Positions 1 to 9,325 of a DNA stretch of 64,000 nt are shown piece by piece. This DNA is from Parcubacteria group bacterium GW2011_GWC1_45_13 (GTDB lineage Bacteria > Patescibacteriota > Minisyncoccia > UBA11713 > 2-01-FULL-45-33), in assembly GCA_001001285.1 (NCBI GenBank), contig LCKG01000003.1, forward strand, positions 27,746-91,745, written 5' to 3'. Made by a program: the position numbers and the translations under genes. The notes below the pieces were generated by a model. That model was given only the letters and a program-made list of their open reading frames with translations. It was not told where the DNA came from and searched no databases. Each line of letters begins with the position of its first letter. The first letter of the stretch is position 1.

Positions 1-416
1 TCAAATCTTCTTCGCAGGCTAAAAATAATTTAATAGCTGCGAACCTGGCCCAAGAAGGAATGGAGCTTATGCGAAATTTCCGGGCCAATAATGTTTTTGT
101 TTTTGGTAATTCGGGTTGGACGGCAGAAATGGATAGCTGTTTTTTCGCAGCCGGCTGTCAGATTGACGCGGCGACTCCCGCGACAGTTGCTTGTGGCGCG
201 TCTTGTTCCAATCTAAATTTTGACCAAAATTCAGGGCTTTACAGCTACGACGCCGGCGCGCCCACGATTTTTATAAGAACCATCAATATTGAAACCGTCC
301 CGCTCGGCCTTCCTCCTAGTACGGCTAATGAAATCAAAATCATAGTTTCGGTTTCCTGGCAGGAACGGTTCGGACTGCAGGAGTTCGCGTTAGAGGAGCA
401 TTTGCTTAACTGGTGA
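1..416 (+). CDS. Type IV pilin-like / PilV-like minor pseudopilin, 5'-truncated by window edge
   Basis: Frame 3 is open from the window start (…SSQAKNNLIAANLAQEGMELMR…). AANLAQEG is typical of PilV/minor pilin N-proximal regions. Two prepilin-type genes follow. Confidence 0.5.
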   Translation, partial: KSSSQAKNNLIAANLAQEGMELMRNFRANNVFVFGNSGWTAEMDSCFFAAGCQIDAATPATVACGASCSNLNFDQNSGLYSYDAGAPTIFIRTINIETVPLGLPPSTANEIKIIVSVSWQERFGLQEFALEEHLLNW

Positions 417-961
417 TTATGGAAAACCAAAAAAAAGGGTTTACGCTTCTGGAAATGATTGTTTCTTTAGGGATTTTTGCCGTGGCCGCTTTGCTTTCCA
501 CAAGCTCGCTCCTTTCTTTAACTGACGCCCAAAAGAAAGCTTTTTCTCTGCAAAGCGCTTACGACAACATCCGTTTTGCTTTGGAGACGATCGCCAAAGA
601 CGCCCGCACAGGAAGTGATTTTTATTGCGGAACGAGTTTTGACGATCTGCCGGCGGTGCCCACTTCGCAGGACTGCGCGTCCGGCGGCCCGTCCTTGACT
701 TACAAAAATGCCGCCGGCGATAATATTGCTTACCGGGTTTTAAACGGAAAAATCGAAAATTTTGTTGACGGCGTTTCAGCTGGTTATATGACTTCCGAAG
801 ACACCGCCATTGATACTTTGACTTTTTATGTTTTGGGTCCGGCGAGCGGCAATCCCCAGCCTCGGATTACCATTATTATAAAAGGCACTGCCGGTAGCGG
901 CCGGAGCGCTTCCAAATTTAACTTACAGACCACTATTAGCCAAAGAAAAATAGGAATATGA
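413..961 (+). CDS. Prepilin-type N-terminal cleavage/methylation domain protein (pseudopilin)
   Basis: N-terminus KKGFTLLEMIVSLGIFAVAALL is a class III signal peptide with the G-F-T-L-L-E motif. Overlaps the upstream gene by 4 nt (ATGA). Confidence 0.75.
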   Translation: MIMENQKKGFTLLEMIVSLGIFAVAALLSTSSLLSLTDAQKKAFSLQSAYDNIRFALETIAKDARTGSDFYCGTSFDDLPAVPTSQDCASGGPSLTYKNAAGDNIAYRVLNGKIENFVDGVSAGYMTSEDTAIDTLTFYVLGPASGNPQPRITIIIKGTAGSGRSASKFNLQTTISQRKIGI

Positions 962-1377
962 AAAAACGAGGCGTAACTTTGCTTCTAGCTATATTTATTT
1001 CGTCTCTAGCTCTTGCTCTGAGCTTGGGAATTTTTACGATTATTTTCGGCGAACTAGGCATCTCCGGAACCTCTAAGGAATCTTTAGAAGCGTTTTACGC
1101 GGCCGATTCGGGCATAGAATGCGCGCTTTTTTGGGACATCAAACAGCAAGCGTTTTCTACTTCAACTTCCAATAATATAAGCTGCGCCGGCAATTCATTT
1201 TCCGTAGGCGGGTCTTTGCTTTCCATTTTTGACCTTAATTTATCCAGTAACTCCTGCGCGCATGTCCGACTCCAAAAAACCGGCTCGGAGACGATTATCA
1301 CGTCGCTTGGCGAGAACATCGCCTGCGGGCTCATAGGAAGCCGTACCGTGCAAAGAGGATTGGAAGTGAAATATTAA
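958..1377 (+). CDS. Pilin-like / pseudopilin-like protein (degenerate prepilin N-terminus)
   Basis: KKRGVTLLLAIFISSLALALSLGIF is a hydrophobic prepilin-like N-terminus. It overlaps the upstream stop by 4 nt, operon-like with the two preceding pilin genes. Confidence 0.5.
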   Translation: MKKRGVTLLLAIFISSLALALSLGIFTIIFGELGISGTSKESLEAFYAADSGIECALFWDIKQQAFSTSTSNNISCAGNSFSVGGSLLSIFDLNLSSNSCAHVRLQKTGSETIITSLGENIACGLIGSRTVQRGLEVKY

Positions 1378-1419
1378 GTTGAAACTCGGCGGATTTTGTG
1401 CTAGAATTAAGTCAATAAA

Positions 1420-3882
1420 ATGGCTCAAAAAGAACCTGAAAAATTACAGGCGATAGGGACGGTTTCGCCAAGAGAGATCGTAACCGAAATGCAGGAGTCT
1501 TATTTGGACTACGCCATGTCGGTTATTGTTTCGCGTGCCTTGCCGGACGTCAGAGACGGCTTAAAACCAGTGCACCGCCGGATTCTTTTTGCCATGCACG
1601 AAATGGGCCTTACGCATTCCGCCAAAACCAAAAAATCCGCTAATGTTGTAGGCGAGGTTTTGGGAAAATATCATCCGCACGGCGACGTTGCCGTTTATGA
1701 TTCATTGGTGAGAATGGCGCAGGATTTTTCCTTGAGATATCCATTGATAGAAGGGCAGGGGAATTTCGGGTCAATTGATGGCGATTCGGCTGCCGCCATG
1801 CGCTACACCGAGGCCAGAATGTCCGCCATTACCACAGAGATGCTCCGGGACATTGAAAAAGAAACAATTGATTTTATTCCGAATTATGACGGGTCAAAAT
1901 TTGAGCCAGTCGTTTTGCCAGCCGCGATTCCGCAACTTTTACTCAACGGTTCCATGGGAATTGCCGTCGGCATGGCCACCAATATTCCACCGCATAATTT
2001 AACGGAAGTCGCGGAGGCGGCGCTCCATTTGATGACGCATCCTAAAGCAACGGTGGAGGACCTTACGGAATTCGTGAAAGGGCCGGATTTCCCGACGGGC
2101 GGAATAATTTTCAATAAAAAAGAAATTTTGCAGGCTTACGCAACCGGCCGCGGCGGAGTTATAAATAGGGGGGAGGCAGAAATTTTGGAGAAAAAAAATG
2201 GCGAATGGCAGATTGTCATCACATCCATTCCTTATTTGGTGAATAAATCGGAGCTGATTGTGAAAATGGCAGATTTGGTGCATGACAAAAAGCTGGAAGG
2301 CATCCGCGATATAAGGGACGAGTCCGACAAAGAGGGCCTCCGCGTGGCGATTGACCTCAAGCGCGACTCTTATCCCCAAAAAGTTTTGAATAATCTTTAT
2401 AAGCATACCGATTTGGAACGCGCCTTCCATTTTAATATGATCGCTTTGGTTGACGGGGGGCGCCAGCCGCAGACACTTTCTTTAAAAAGTATTCTTGAAG
2501 AATTCATCAAACATCGCCGGATAATAATTGAACGAAGGTCAAAATTTGATTTAGCGCGGGCCCAGGACAGGGAGCATATTCTTTTGGGGCTTAAAAAAGC
2601 GTTGGACCATATTGACGCGATAATTAAAACGATAAAAGGTTCCGCCAGCAAAGAAGAGGCGCATAAAAATTTAATTAAAAAATTTGATTTGTCCGACAAG
2701 CAGGCCTCGGCGATTTTAGAAATGCGCCTCTCGGCTTTGGCAGGCTTGGAAAGGCAGAAAATTGAAGACGAGCTGAAAGAAAAACAAAAATTAATCAAAG
2801 AATTAAAAGCGCTTTTGGCGGACGCCAAAAAAATAGACGAAGTCGTGAAAGACGAACTTTCGGAAGCCAAGAAAAAATACGGAGATGAGAGAAAAACAAA
2901 AGTTATTTCGGGAGCCGCGAAAATAATTTCGGCGGAAGATTTGGTGCCGGAAGAAGAAACCATTTTAATTTTAACGCAGGGCGGATACGTAAAAAGAATT
3001 AAGCCGGACGAATACCGCGTCCAGCGAAGGGGCGGCAAAGGAGTCATCGGCGTTACCACAAAAGAGGAAGACGTTGCCTACGAATTTATTTCCGGCAACA
3101 CACACGATGACCTTTTATTTTTTACGAATCTAGGAAAAGTTTATCAAACCAAAATGTACGAAATTCCGGAAGGCACGCGCCAGTCAAAAGGAAAAGCGAT
3201 TGCCAATTTCCTTTCTTTGTCTGCGGACGAAAAAGTTACTTCCGTCCTGCCGGTTCCAAAAACAAAAAAGGGCCAGGCGAGCTACGTAATTTTGTCCACC
3301 CAAAAAGGAGTGACAAAAAAAGTTGATTCCAAAGATTTTGAAGACGTGCGCCATTCCGGAATCCGAGCGATTAACCTCCAAAAGGGGGACACTTTGCGCT
3401 TCGCGCGGGTCGTAATGCCTGGCGAAGAGGTCGCGCTCTCTTCCAAGCTGGGGCAGGCAGTCCGTTTCAAAGAAAAAGACATCCGCCCGATGGGCAGAAC
3501 CGCCCAGGGAATCCGCGGGATGCGCCTTAAAAAGAACGATGAGATAGTTGGGATGGATATTTTGCCGCAAAACGCGAAAAAATTGGAAATTTTATCGGTT
3601 TCCCAGCAGGGCTACGGCAAAAAAACAAATATAACCCAATATCGCCTCCAAAAACGCGGTGGGTCGGGAGTTAAAACATGCAAAGTCACTTCCAAAACCG
3701 GACCTCTGGTTTCTGTTCAGGTTGTGAAAGAAGACCAGCAGGAAATTATCGCGATTTCCAAAAAGGGGCAGGTCATCCGCGCGCCGCTTTCGCAGATTCC
3801 TTCGCTTTCGCGCGCCACGCAGGGCGTGAGAATTATGAAAGTGAACGCAGGAGACGCTGTGGCTTCGGTAACTCTTTTGTAA
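1420..3882 (+). CDS. gyrA: DNA gyrase subunit A
   Basis: Contains AMHEMGL…HPHGD…[42 protein letters not shown], with the catalytic Tyr (…AMRYTEAR…). Length 820 aa, with a C-terminal beta-pinwheel region. Confidence 0.95.
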   Translation: MAQKEPEKLQAIGTVSPREIVTEMQESYLDYAMSVIVSRALPDVRDGLKPVHRRILFAMHEMGLTHSAKTKKSANVVGEVLGKYHPHGDVAVYDSLVRMAQDFSLRYPLIEGQGNFGSIDGDSAAAMRYTEARMSAITTEMLRDIEKETIDFIPNYDGSKFEPVVLPAAIPQLLLNGSMGIAVGMATNIPPHNLTEVAEAALHLMTHPKATVEDLTEFVKGPDFPTGGIIFNKKEILQAYATGRGGVINRGEAEILEKKNGEWQIVITSIPYLVNKSELIVKMADLVHDKKLEGIRDIRDESDKEGLRVAIDLKRDSYPQKVLNNLYKHTDLERAFHFNMIALVDGGRQPQTLSLKSILEEFIKHRRIIIERRSKFDLARAQDREHILLGLKKALDHIDAIIKTIKGSASKEEAHKNLIKKFDLSDKQASAILEMRLSALAGLERQKIEDELKEKQKLIKELKALLADAKKIDEVVKDELSEAKKKYGDERKTKVISGAAKIISAEDLVPEEETILILTQGGYVKRIKPDEYRVQRRGGKGVIGVTTKEEDVAYEFISGNTHDDLLFFTNLGKVYQTKMYEIPEGTRQSKGKAIANFLSLSADEKVTSVLPVPKTKKGQASYVILSTQKGVTKKVDSKDFEDVRHSGIRAINLQKGDTLRFARVVMPGEEVALSSKLGQAVRFKEKDIRPMGRTAQGIRGMRLKKNDEIVGMDILPQNAKKLEILSVSQQGYGKKTNITQYRLQKRGGSGVKTCKVTSKTGPLVSVQVVKEDQQEIIAISKKGQVIRAPLSQIPSLSRATQGVRIMKVNAGDAVASVTLL

Positions 3883-3883
3883 A

Positions 3884-4507
3884 ATGGATTTGCGGGAGAC
3901 ATACAATAAAATAGCGGAGGACTGGCATAAAGATCATAAACAGGATAATTGGTGGGTTGAGGGAACAAATGAATTTATCTCATTTTTAAAACCAAATAGT
4001 TTGGTGCTTGACGCTGGCTGCGGCGCCGGCACTAAATCTAAATATTTAATAGACAGAGGATTAAAAGTTGTCGGAATAGATTTTTCAGACAAGCTGATTG
4101 AAATAGCAAAAAGAGAAGCGCCTTCCGGAAACTTTTTTGTGATGGATATTAATGAAGCGGACAAACTGAAAGAAAATTTTGACGGGATTTTTGCGCAAGC
4201 GGTTTTACTGCATATTCAAAAAAAAGACGCGGAAAAAACATTAAATAAATTATTGGGCGTATTAAAACCCGGCGGATATTTATACATAGCAGTCAAAGAA
4301 AAAAAATTCGGCGGCGCGGATGAAGAAATAAAAACAGAAAACGACTACGGATATCCTTACGAAAGATTTTTCAGCTATTTTACTTTGGACGAAATAAAAA
4401 ATTTGATGATAGAGTTGGGATTGGCTATTAATTATGAAAATATATCTCAATACGGGTATACAAGATGGATACAGGTCATTGGGCAACAAAATAAAAATGG
4501 AAAATAA
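3884..4507 (+). CDS. Class I SAM-dependent methyltransferase
   Basis: Motif I VLDAGCGAGTKSKYL is followed by a VVGIDFS acidic loop. The gene is AT-rich. Confidence 0.8.
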   Translation: MDLRETYNKIAEDWHKDHKQDNWWVEGTNEFISFLKPNSLVLDAGCGAGTKSKYLIDRGLKVVGIDFSDKLIEIAKREAPSGNFFVMDINEADKLKENFDGIFAQAVLLHIQKKDAEKTLNKLLGVLKPGGYLYIAVKEKKFGGADEEIKTENDYGYPYERFFSYFTLDEIKNLMIELGLAINYENISQYGYTRWIQVIGQQNKNGK

Positions 4508-4844
4508 AAAATTTATTTTACGGATTAGATTGAGAGATAAATATATTTTTCAAGCAATTAAGAATGGTAACAAGAAAGTTGATACCAGAGCGGCGTCAAC
4601 TAGGAATCGTTCAATAAAAACTGGCGATAAACTCATTTTAATTTGCGGAAAAGAAAAAATTGAAAGAAAAGTAAAGGGAGTTAGAGTTTTTAAAACCATT
4701 TCGGCGCTTCTGAAGAAATATAAACCGCAACAAATCAATCCAAAAACATTTTCGGAGAAAGAAATAACAAAAATGTATTACAGTTTTCCCGGATACAAAG
4801 AAAAAATAAAAAAATACGGGTTGATTGTTATAGAATTGAAATAA
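4497..4844 (+). CDS. ASCH/PUA-like domain protein (hypothetical)
   Basis: About 115 aa from MENKKFIL… with basic, beta-rich ASCH-like features (GDKLILICGKEKI). Overlaps the MTase end by 11 nt. Very AT-rich. Start chosen at the internal ATG that matches the family length. Confidence 0.45.
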   Translation: MENKKFILRIRLRDKYIFQAIKNGNKKVDTRAASTRNRSIKTGDKLILICGKEKIERKVKGVRVFKTISALLKKYKPQQINPKTFSEKEITKMYYSFPGYKEKIKKYGLIVIELK

Positions 4845-4848
4845 AAAC

Positions 4849-4857
4849 TTATCCACA
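4849..4857 (+). promoter_or_regulatory. Perfect DnaA box TTATCCACA, 36 nt upstream of nrdJ
   Basis: Exact 9-mer consensus. One of four same-strand perfect copies in the window. Confidence 0.5.
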
Positions 4858-4892
4858 CTTGCGGGGGTTTGCGAGGAGTATAAAATAAGAGA

Positions 4893-7676
4893 ATGAGCGA
4901 GGCGGGAAGCGTAGTTTTTAAAGAGGAATCAAAGAAAGGCGCGCTGTTTGGAGCGCGCGGGCTTAATTTTAAGCGCTATTTTACTAAGGAAGGCGTCCAT
5001 CCCTATGATGAAATAGCGTGGGAAAAACGCGTTGCCCGCATCACCTCATCCAAAGGCGAGGTTATTTTTGAGCAAAAGGGCGTTGAGGCGCCGAAATTTT
5101 GGTCGCAGACGGCAACGGACATTGTCGCCGAGAAATATTTTATGGGGCATGTCGGCAAGCCCGGCAGGGAGTGGTCCGTAAAACAGCTTATAGACCGCGT
5201 TGCAAATACGATGGCGGACTGGGGCAGGCAAGGCGGTTGTTTCGCGGACGAAAAAGACGCGCAAATTTTCAACGAGGAGCTTAAATGGCTATTGGTCAAC
5301 CAGTACGCCTCATTTAATTCGCCGGTTTGGTTTAATGTCGGGGTTGAAAAGAAACCGCAGTGCTCGGCCTGTTTCATTTTGTCCATTACGGACGATAAAG
5401 AGTCCATTGCCGAATGGTATAGGACAGAGATGATGATTTTTTCAGGCGGCTCCGGCGCGGGAATAAATATTTCGCCTCTGCGCTCGTCCAAAGAAAATAT
5501 CGCCGGCCGCGGGAAATCGTCAGGCCCGGTGTCTTTTATGAAAGGAGCCGACGCGATTGCCGGCACAATCCGTTCCGGCGGCAAGACGCGAAGGGCGGCT
5601 AAGATGGTGATTTTAAACGCAAGCCACCCCGATATAAAAACTTTCATAGTTTCCAAATGGAAGGAGGAAGAAAAAGCAAAAGCGCTTATCTCTATGGGTT
5701 ATAACGACGACATTGACGGCGACGTCTATTCAAACATTTTTTTCCAAAACGCCAACAATTCCGTCCGCGCCACGGATGATTTTATGAACGCGGTTTTGGA
5801 AGACAAAAATTGGGAACTCCGAATGATAAAGACAGGCGAGGTTGCCGAGACATTAAAAGCAAGGGACCTTATGAAGCTCATCGCCGAGGCGGCTTGGCAC
5901 TGCGCCGACCCGGGCATGCAATTTGATACGACGATTAATAAATGGCACACCGCTCCCGCCGCAGGCCGCATCAACGGCTCCAACCCGTGCTCGGAATACA
6001 TGCACTTGGACGATTCCGCCTGCAATCTTGCTTCACTAAATCTTCTTAAATTTTTAAATCCGCCGGCTGGCGGAGGCAATTTTGACCACGAGGCGTTTAA
6101 AAAAGCCGTCGGCATTTTTATCACGGCGCAGGATATTACCGTGGACAATTCTTCCTACCCCACGGCTAAAATTGAACAAAACGCCCGCGCTTTCCGCGAA
6201 CTTGGCCTGGGGTACACGAATCTCGGCGCGCTTTTAATGCAGATGGGCTTTCCTTATGATTCAGACGCCGCGCGGGCTTGGGCGGCCGCGATAACTTCAA
6301 TGATGACCGGCGAGGCCTACAATATTTCCACGCGTGTTGCCGAAGCAGTCGGCCCATTTTCCGGATATGAAAAAAATAAGGAGCCGATGCTCGGCGTAAT
6401 CCGCATGCACGGCGAAGAAGCAAAAAAAATAAGCAAAAAGTATCTGCCGGCGGACGTTTGGGAATCCGCCCAAACGCCTTGGGCCGAGGCTCAAAAGCGC
6501 GGCCAGCTCTCTGGCGTCCGGAATTCCCAAGTGAGCGTTTTGGCGCCAACCGGCACGATTTCTTTCATGATGGACGCCACAACCACTGGCATTGAGCCGG
6601 CGTTTTCGCTCGTCGCCTACAAAAAAATGGTGGGCAGAGGATTTTTGAAAATCGCGAACACCTCCGTTGAGCCTGCGCTCAAAAATTTGGGATATAAAGA
6701 ACAAGAAGTCAAAGAAATAATGGATTATATTTTAGCGCATGACGGCATTGAAGGCGCCCCGCATCTTAAAGAAAAAGACATCGCCGTTTTTGATTGTGCC
6801 GTGAACGCCCCCGGCGGCAAGCGAGCCATCCATTATTCCGGCCACATCCGCATGATAGCCGCCGCGCAACCTTTCATTTCCGGAGCGATTTCCAAAACAG
6901 TGAATCTCCCCGAGTCGGCGACGGTTGAGGATATTATGAACACCTACATCGACGCTTGGAAAATGGGGCTTAAGGCGATCGCAATTTACCGCGACAAATC
7001 CAAAGGCGCCCAGCCCCTAAACACTTCCAAGGCAAAGCCATCAAGCGAAAGCGCTGTTGGTGCCAAAGAGGCCGCGCCGTCGGAAGTTGAAAGAAAAAAA
7101 TTGCCGTCAAACGTAAAATCTCTACGCCATAAATTTTCCATCGCAGGGCACGAGGGCTATATCCATTGCGGAATGTATGAAGACGGCAAATTGGGCGAAA
7201 TTTTTATCCGCGTGGCCAAAGAGGGCTCTACCATATCCGGTCTTCTGGATGCCATAGGCGTGCTCATGTCCGTCGCGCTCCAATCGGGAGTTCCGGTTGA
7301 AACTATCGTCAGAAAATTCGTCCATTCCCGTTTTGAGCCGGCCGGATACACAGAAAATCAGGATATTCCGGTTGCCAAATCAATTTTGGATTACATTGGA
7401 AAATTTTTAGCGCTCAATTTTCTTTCTCCAGATGACCAAGCTTCTTTCGGCATCTATTCGCATTCAAAAGAAGCGGAAACTGTCGTGGCGGAGCCTTTTA
7501 AGCTCAAAGAACAACCTAAGCTTTCCTCTCCGGCTTCCGTGCCAGCGGCGTACGACCGCGCTAAAATTTTCGCCTACCAGGATGCTCCCGCCTGCCGTTG
7601 CGGCGCGATTATGATCCGCACCGGCTCCTGCTACACCTGCCCCTCTTGCGGCGAAAACCTCGGGAGCTGCTCGTAG
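4893..7676 (+). CDS. nrdJ: Adenosylcobalamin-dependent (class II) ribonucleoside reductase
   Basis: Active-site region CSACFIL…; GGSGAGINISPLR…GPVSFMKG; C-terminal Cys-rich tail CRCGAIMIRTGSCYTCPSCG typical of NrdJ. 927 aa. Confidence 0.9.
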   Translation: MSEAGSVVFKEESKKGALFGARGLNFKRYFTKEGVHPYDEIAWEKRVARITSSKGEVIFEQKGVEAPKFWSQTATDIVAEKYFMGHVGKPGREWSVKQLIDRVANTMADWGRQGGCFADEKDAQIFNEELKWLLVNQYASFNSPVWFNVGVEKKPQCSACFILSITDDKESIAEWYRTEMMIFSGGSGAGINISPLRSSKENIAGRGKSSGPVSFMKGADAIAGTIRSGGKTRRAAKMVILNASHPDIKTFIVSKWKEEEKAKALISMGYNDDIDGDVYSNIFFQNANNSVRATDDFMNAVLEDKNWELRMIKTGEVAETLKARDLMKLIAEAAWHCADPGMQFDTTINKWHTAPAAGRINGSNPCSEYMHLDDSACNLASLNLLKFLNPPAGGGNFDHEAFKKAVGIFITAQDITVDNSSYPTAKIEQNARAFRELGLGYTNLGALLMQMGFPYDSDAARAWAAAITSMMTGEAYNISTRVAEAVGPFSGYEKNKEPMLGVIRMHGEEAKKISKKYLPADVWESAQTPWAEAQKRGQLSGVRNSQVSVLAPTGTISFMMDATTTGIEPAFSLVAYKKMVGRGFLKIANTSVEPALKNLGYKEQEVKEIMDYILAHDGIEGAPHLKEKDIAVFDCAVNAPGGKRAIHYSGHIRMIAAAQPFISGAISKTVNLPESATVEDIMNTYIDAWKMGLKAIAIYRDKSKGAQPLNTSKAKPSSESAVGAKEAAPSEVERKKLPSNVKSLRHKFSIAGHEGYIHCGMYEDGKLGEIFIRVAKEGSTISGLLDAIGVLMSVALQSGVPVETIVRKFVHSRFEPAGYTENQDIPVAKSILDYIGKFLALNFLSPDDQASFGIYSHSKEAETVVAEPFKLKEQPKLSSPASVPAAYDRAKIFAYQDAPACRCGAIMIRTGSCYTCPSCGENLGSCS

Positions 7677-7808
7677 CGGTATGGGCAAATAACATGGGCT
7701 TGCTCAATAAACACTTCTGGAAATTTTTCGCGGGGCTGATCGCGCTGATCTCTATTGGATTTTTAACGATTTACGCCACCGATTTTTACGCGAAAAAACA
7801 ATCTGCCG

Positions 7809-8087
7809 GTGAAGCCAAGATTTTGGAATCAAAAAGTTCGCGACCTGCCAGGTGAACTATATATTTTGGCGAAAATATTTGTAAAAGCCAAGGCTGGCGC
7901 AAAGAAGGAAAGCGTTTTAAAAACCGGCGTTTCGGAATTTAAAATTGCCGTAAAAGAGCCGGCGAAGGAGGGGAAAGCGAACGAGGCAGTCGCCAGGGTG
8001 TTGGCGGAATATTTCGGCATCGCACTTTCCAGAGTTCGGCTTCTTTCCGGATTTACCTCCCGCCAAAAAATTTTTGAGATTCTCTAG
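7809..8087 (+). CDS. DUF167/YggU (UPF0235) family protein
   Basis: …ILAKIFVKAKAGAKKESV…KIAVKEPAKEGKANEAVARVLAEYFGIALSRVRLLSGFTSRQKIFEI matches the DUF167 pattern (…APP.EGKAN..L…G.TSR.K…). Start uncertain. Overlaps a 54-aa membrane mini-ORF (7694..7855) in another frame. Confidence 0.55.
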   Translation: MKPRFWNQKVRDLPGELYILAKIFVKAKAGAKKESVLKTGVSEFKIAVKEPAKEGKANEAVARVLAEYFGIALSRVRLLSGFTSRQKIFEIL

Positions 8088-8098
8088 TTTATATATCA

Positions 8099-8124
8099 GC
8101 TAATTCGTGAGAATTAGAGAATAG
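8099..8124 (+). promoter_or_regulatory. 26-bp repeat GCTAATTCGTGAGAATTAGAGAATAG containing palindrome CTAATTC-N4-GAATTAG (copy 1, overlapping the arsR-family gene promoter)
   Basis: Exact duplicate at 8473..8498. A TAGAAT -10 lies at 8138..8143, only 6 nt before the ATG, so the mRNA is near-leaderless. Confidence 0.6.
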
Positions 8125-8149
8125 TTGCGGGGTGTGCTAGAATTTTATT

Positions 8150-8413
8150 ATGAATGAAAAAGAGCTGGAAAAGGCGTTAAAAGCGCTGGCCAATAAAAGA
8201 AGGCTTCAAATTCTGCGGTATTTAAAAAAAGTTAAAGAAGCGCCGGTGGGGGATATCGCTGAAGAAATTCGTTTGTCGTTTAAATCAACCTCCCGGCACT
8301 TGGCGGTGCTTGCCGCGGCCGATATTTTAGAGCGGGACCAAAGAAGCCTCCAAGTTTTCTATCGCCTCGGCGCGCTTCGGCACGCGGCGAAATATATTTT
8401 ATCTATTCTTTGA
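8150..8413 (+). CDS. ArsR/SmtB-family winged-helix transcriptional regulator
   Basis: LKALANKRRLQILRYL…VGDIAEEIRLSFKSTSRHLAVLAAADIL…FYRL is a typical ArsR HTH. 87 aa. Confidence 0.75.
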   Translation: MNEKELEKALKALANKRRLQILRYLKKVKEAPVGDIAEEIRLSFKSTSRHLAVLAAADILERDQRSLQVFYRLGALRHAAKYILSIL

Positions 8414-8472
8414 TGCAATTTTTATGCTTTTATATTTTTGCTTATACCTTTTGTTGTGCTTCTTGTGTCTCG

Positions 8473-8498
8473 GCTAATTCGTGAGAATTAGAGAATAG
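8473..8498 (+). promoter_or_regulatory. 26-bp palindromic repeat, copy 2 (between arsR-like gene and putative endonuclease gene)
   Basis: Identical 26-mer to 8099..8124. Confidence 0.6.
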
Positions 8499-8620
8499 AT
8501 GGGGTTGGGGGAGGCGGGTTTTGGTTTGATAAATAAATGATTTTGTGCGAGAATTTGAGGGAGTGTTGATTTTCGTCTTTAAAATATATTAAATTTGGTA
8601 TATTCTAGAAAAATCAACTC

Positions 8621-9325
8621 TTGAATATGTTGTTAGAAAAAGAAAAAAGAAAATCAGGTAACGAAGCAATACGCGTTTTAATTTCCTTAAAAACAAAGAT
8701 TTTGCGTGATTTAAAGGAAGTTGTTAATGCTGGCGATTTTGATTACCGCACTTTTGGTACAGCCATTGAAAAGCATCTTACTGATATTATTGTCAGTATT
8801 TTTGAGAAAGCCGGTTTTATTAAAAATAATAAAGATTATATCGTTGCACCCCATAAAAATTATTTTCCAGATTTCGAACTAAAAACAGCGCCACCCATCG
8901 CTATTGAGTTTAAATCCGGGAATAGAAATCAAAATAGACAGGGTAAATGGGCGACGGTTAAAAATAGCGAGAATGATATGGGCACTCTTAATGAATGGCC
9001 CAAAAGAATTAAAAAATTCGGTGGTAAAAATATTTATTATATTTTTGTTATCTATAATTTTAGTGAGAAAACAAAACAAGTTCAAAATGTTGAAATCGCT
9101 CCGTTTTATGAATTTTTAGGTTTGAACAAGTCCAAGTTTATTAAATATCGAGAAAAAGATGGAAATTTGCGGCCCAAAAATTTTGATGCTAAGCCGCCCA
9201 TTAAAACTTTTGAGCAATTTGAACAATTAATCAACAAAACCGCCGTTTATAGATCCAGGCGAATTATTAAGAAGCACAGACAAATTATAAAGGATGTGCA
9301 GAATATTAAAAAAGGGATGGATTAA
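8621..9325 (+). CDS. Putative Type II restriction endonuclease (PD-(D/E)xK fold) – hypothetical
   Basis: …YFPDFELKTAPPIAIEFKSG… gives PD-x12-EFK, a PD-(D/E)xK-like catalytic signature. Convergent with the MTase gene, overlapping it by 20 nt. AT-rich. No recognisable family beyond the motif. Confidence 0.45.
   Translation: MNMLLEKEKRKSGNEAIRVLISLKTKILRDLKEVVNAGDFDYRTFGTAIEKHLTDIIVSIFEKAGFIKNNKDYIVAPHKNYFPDFELKTAPPIAIEFKSGNRNQNRQGKWATVKNSENDMGTLNEWPKRIKKFGGKNIYYIFVIYNFSEKTKQVQNVEIAPFYEFLGLNKSKFIKYREKDGNLRPKNFDAKPPIKTFEQFEQLINKTAVYRSRRIIKKHRQIIKDVQNIKKGMD

Noticed and set aside
7694-7855. 54-aa membrane mini-ORF MGLLNKHFWKFFAGLIALISIGFLTIYATDFY…
   Set aside because: Plausible small protein, but it overlaps the DUF167 gene in another frame and has no RBS support. 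Left unannotated.
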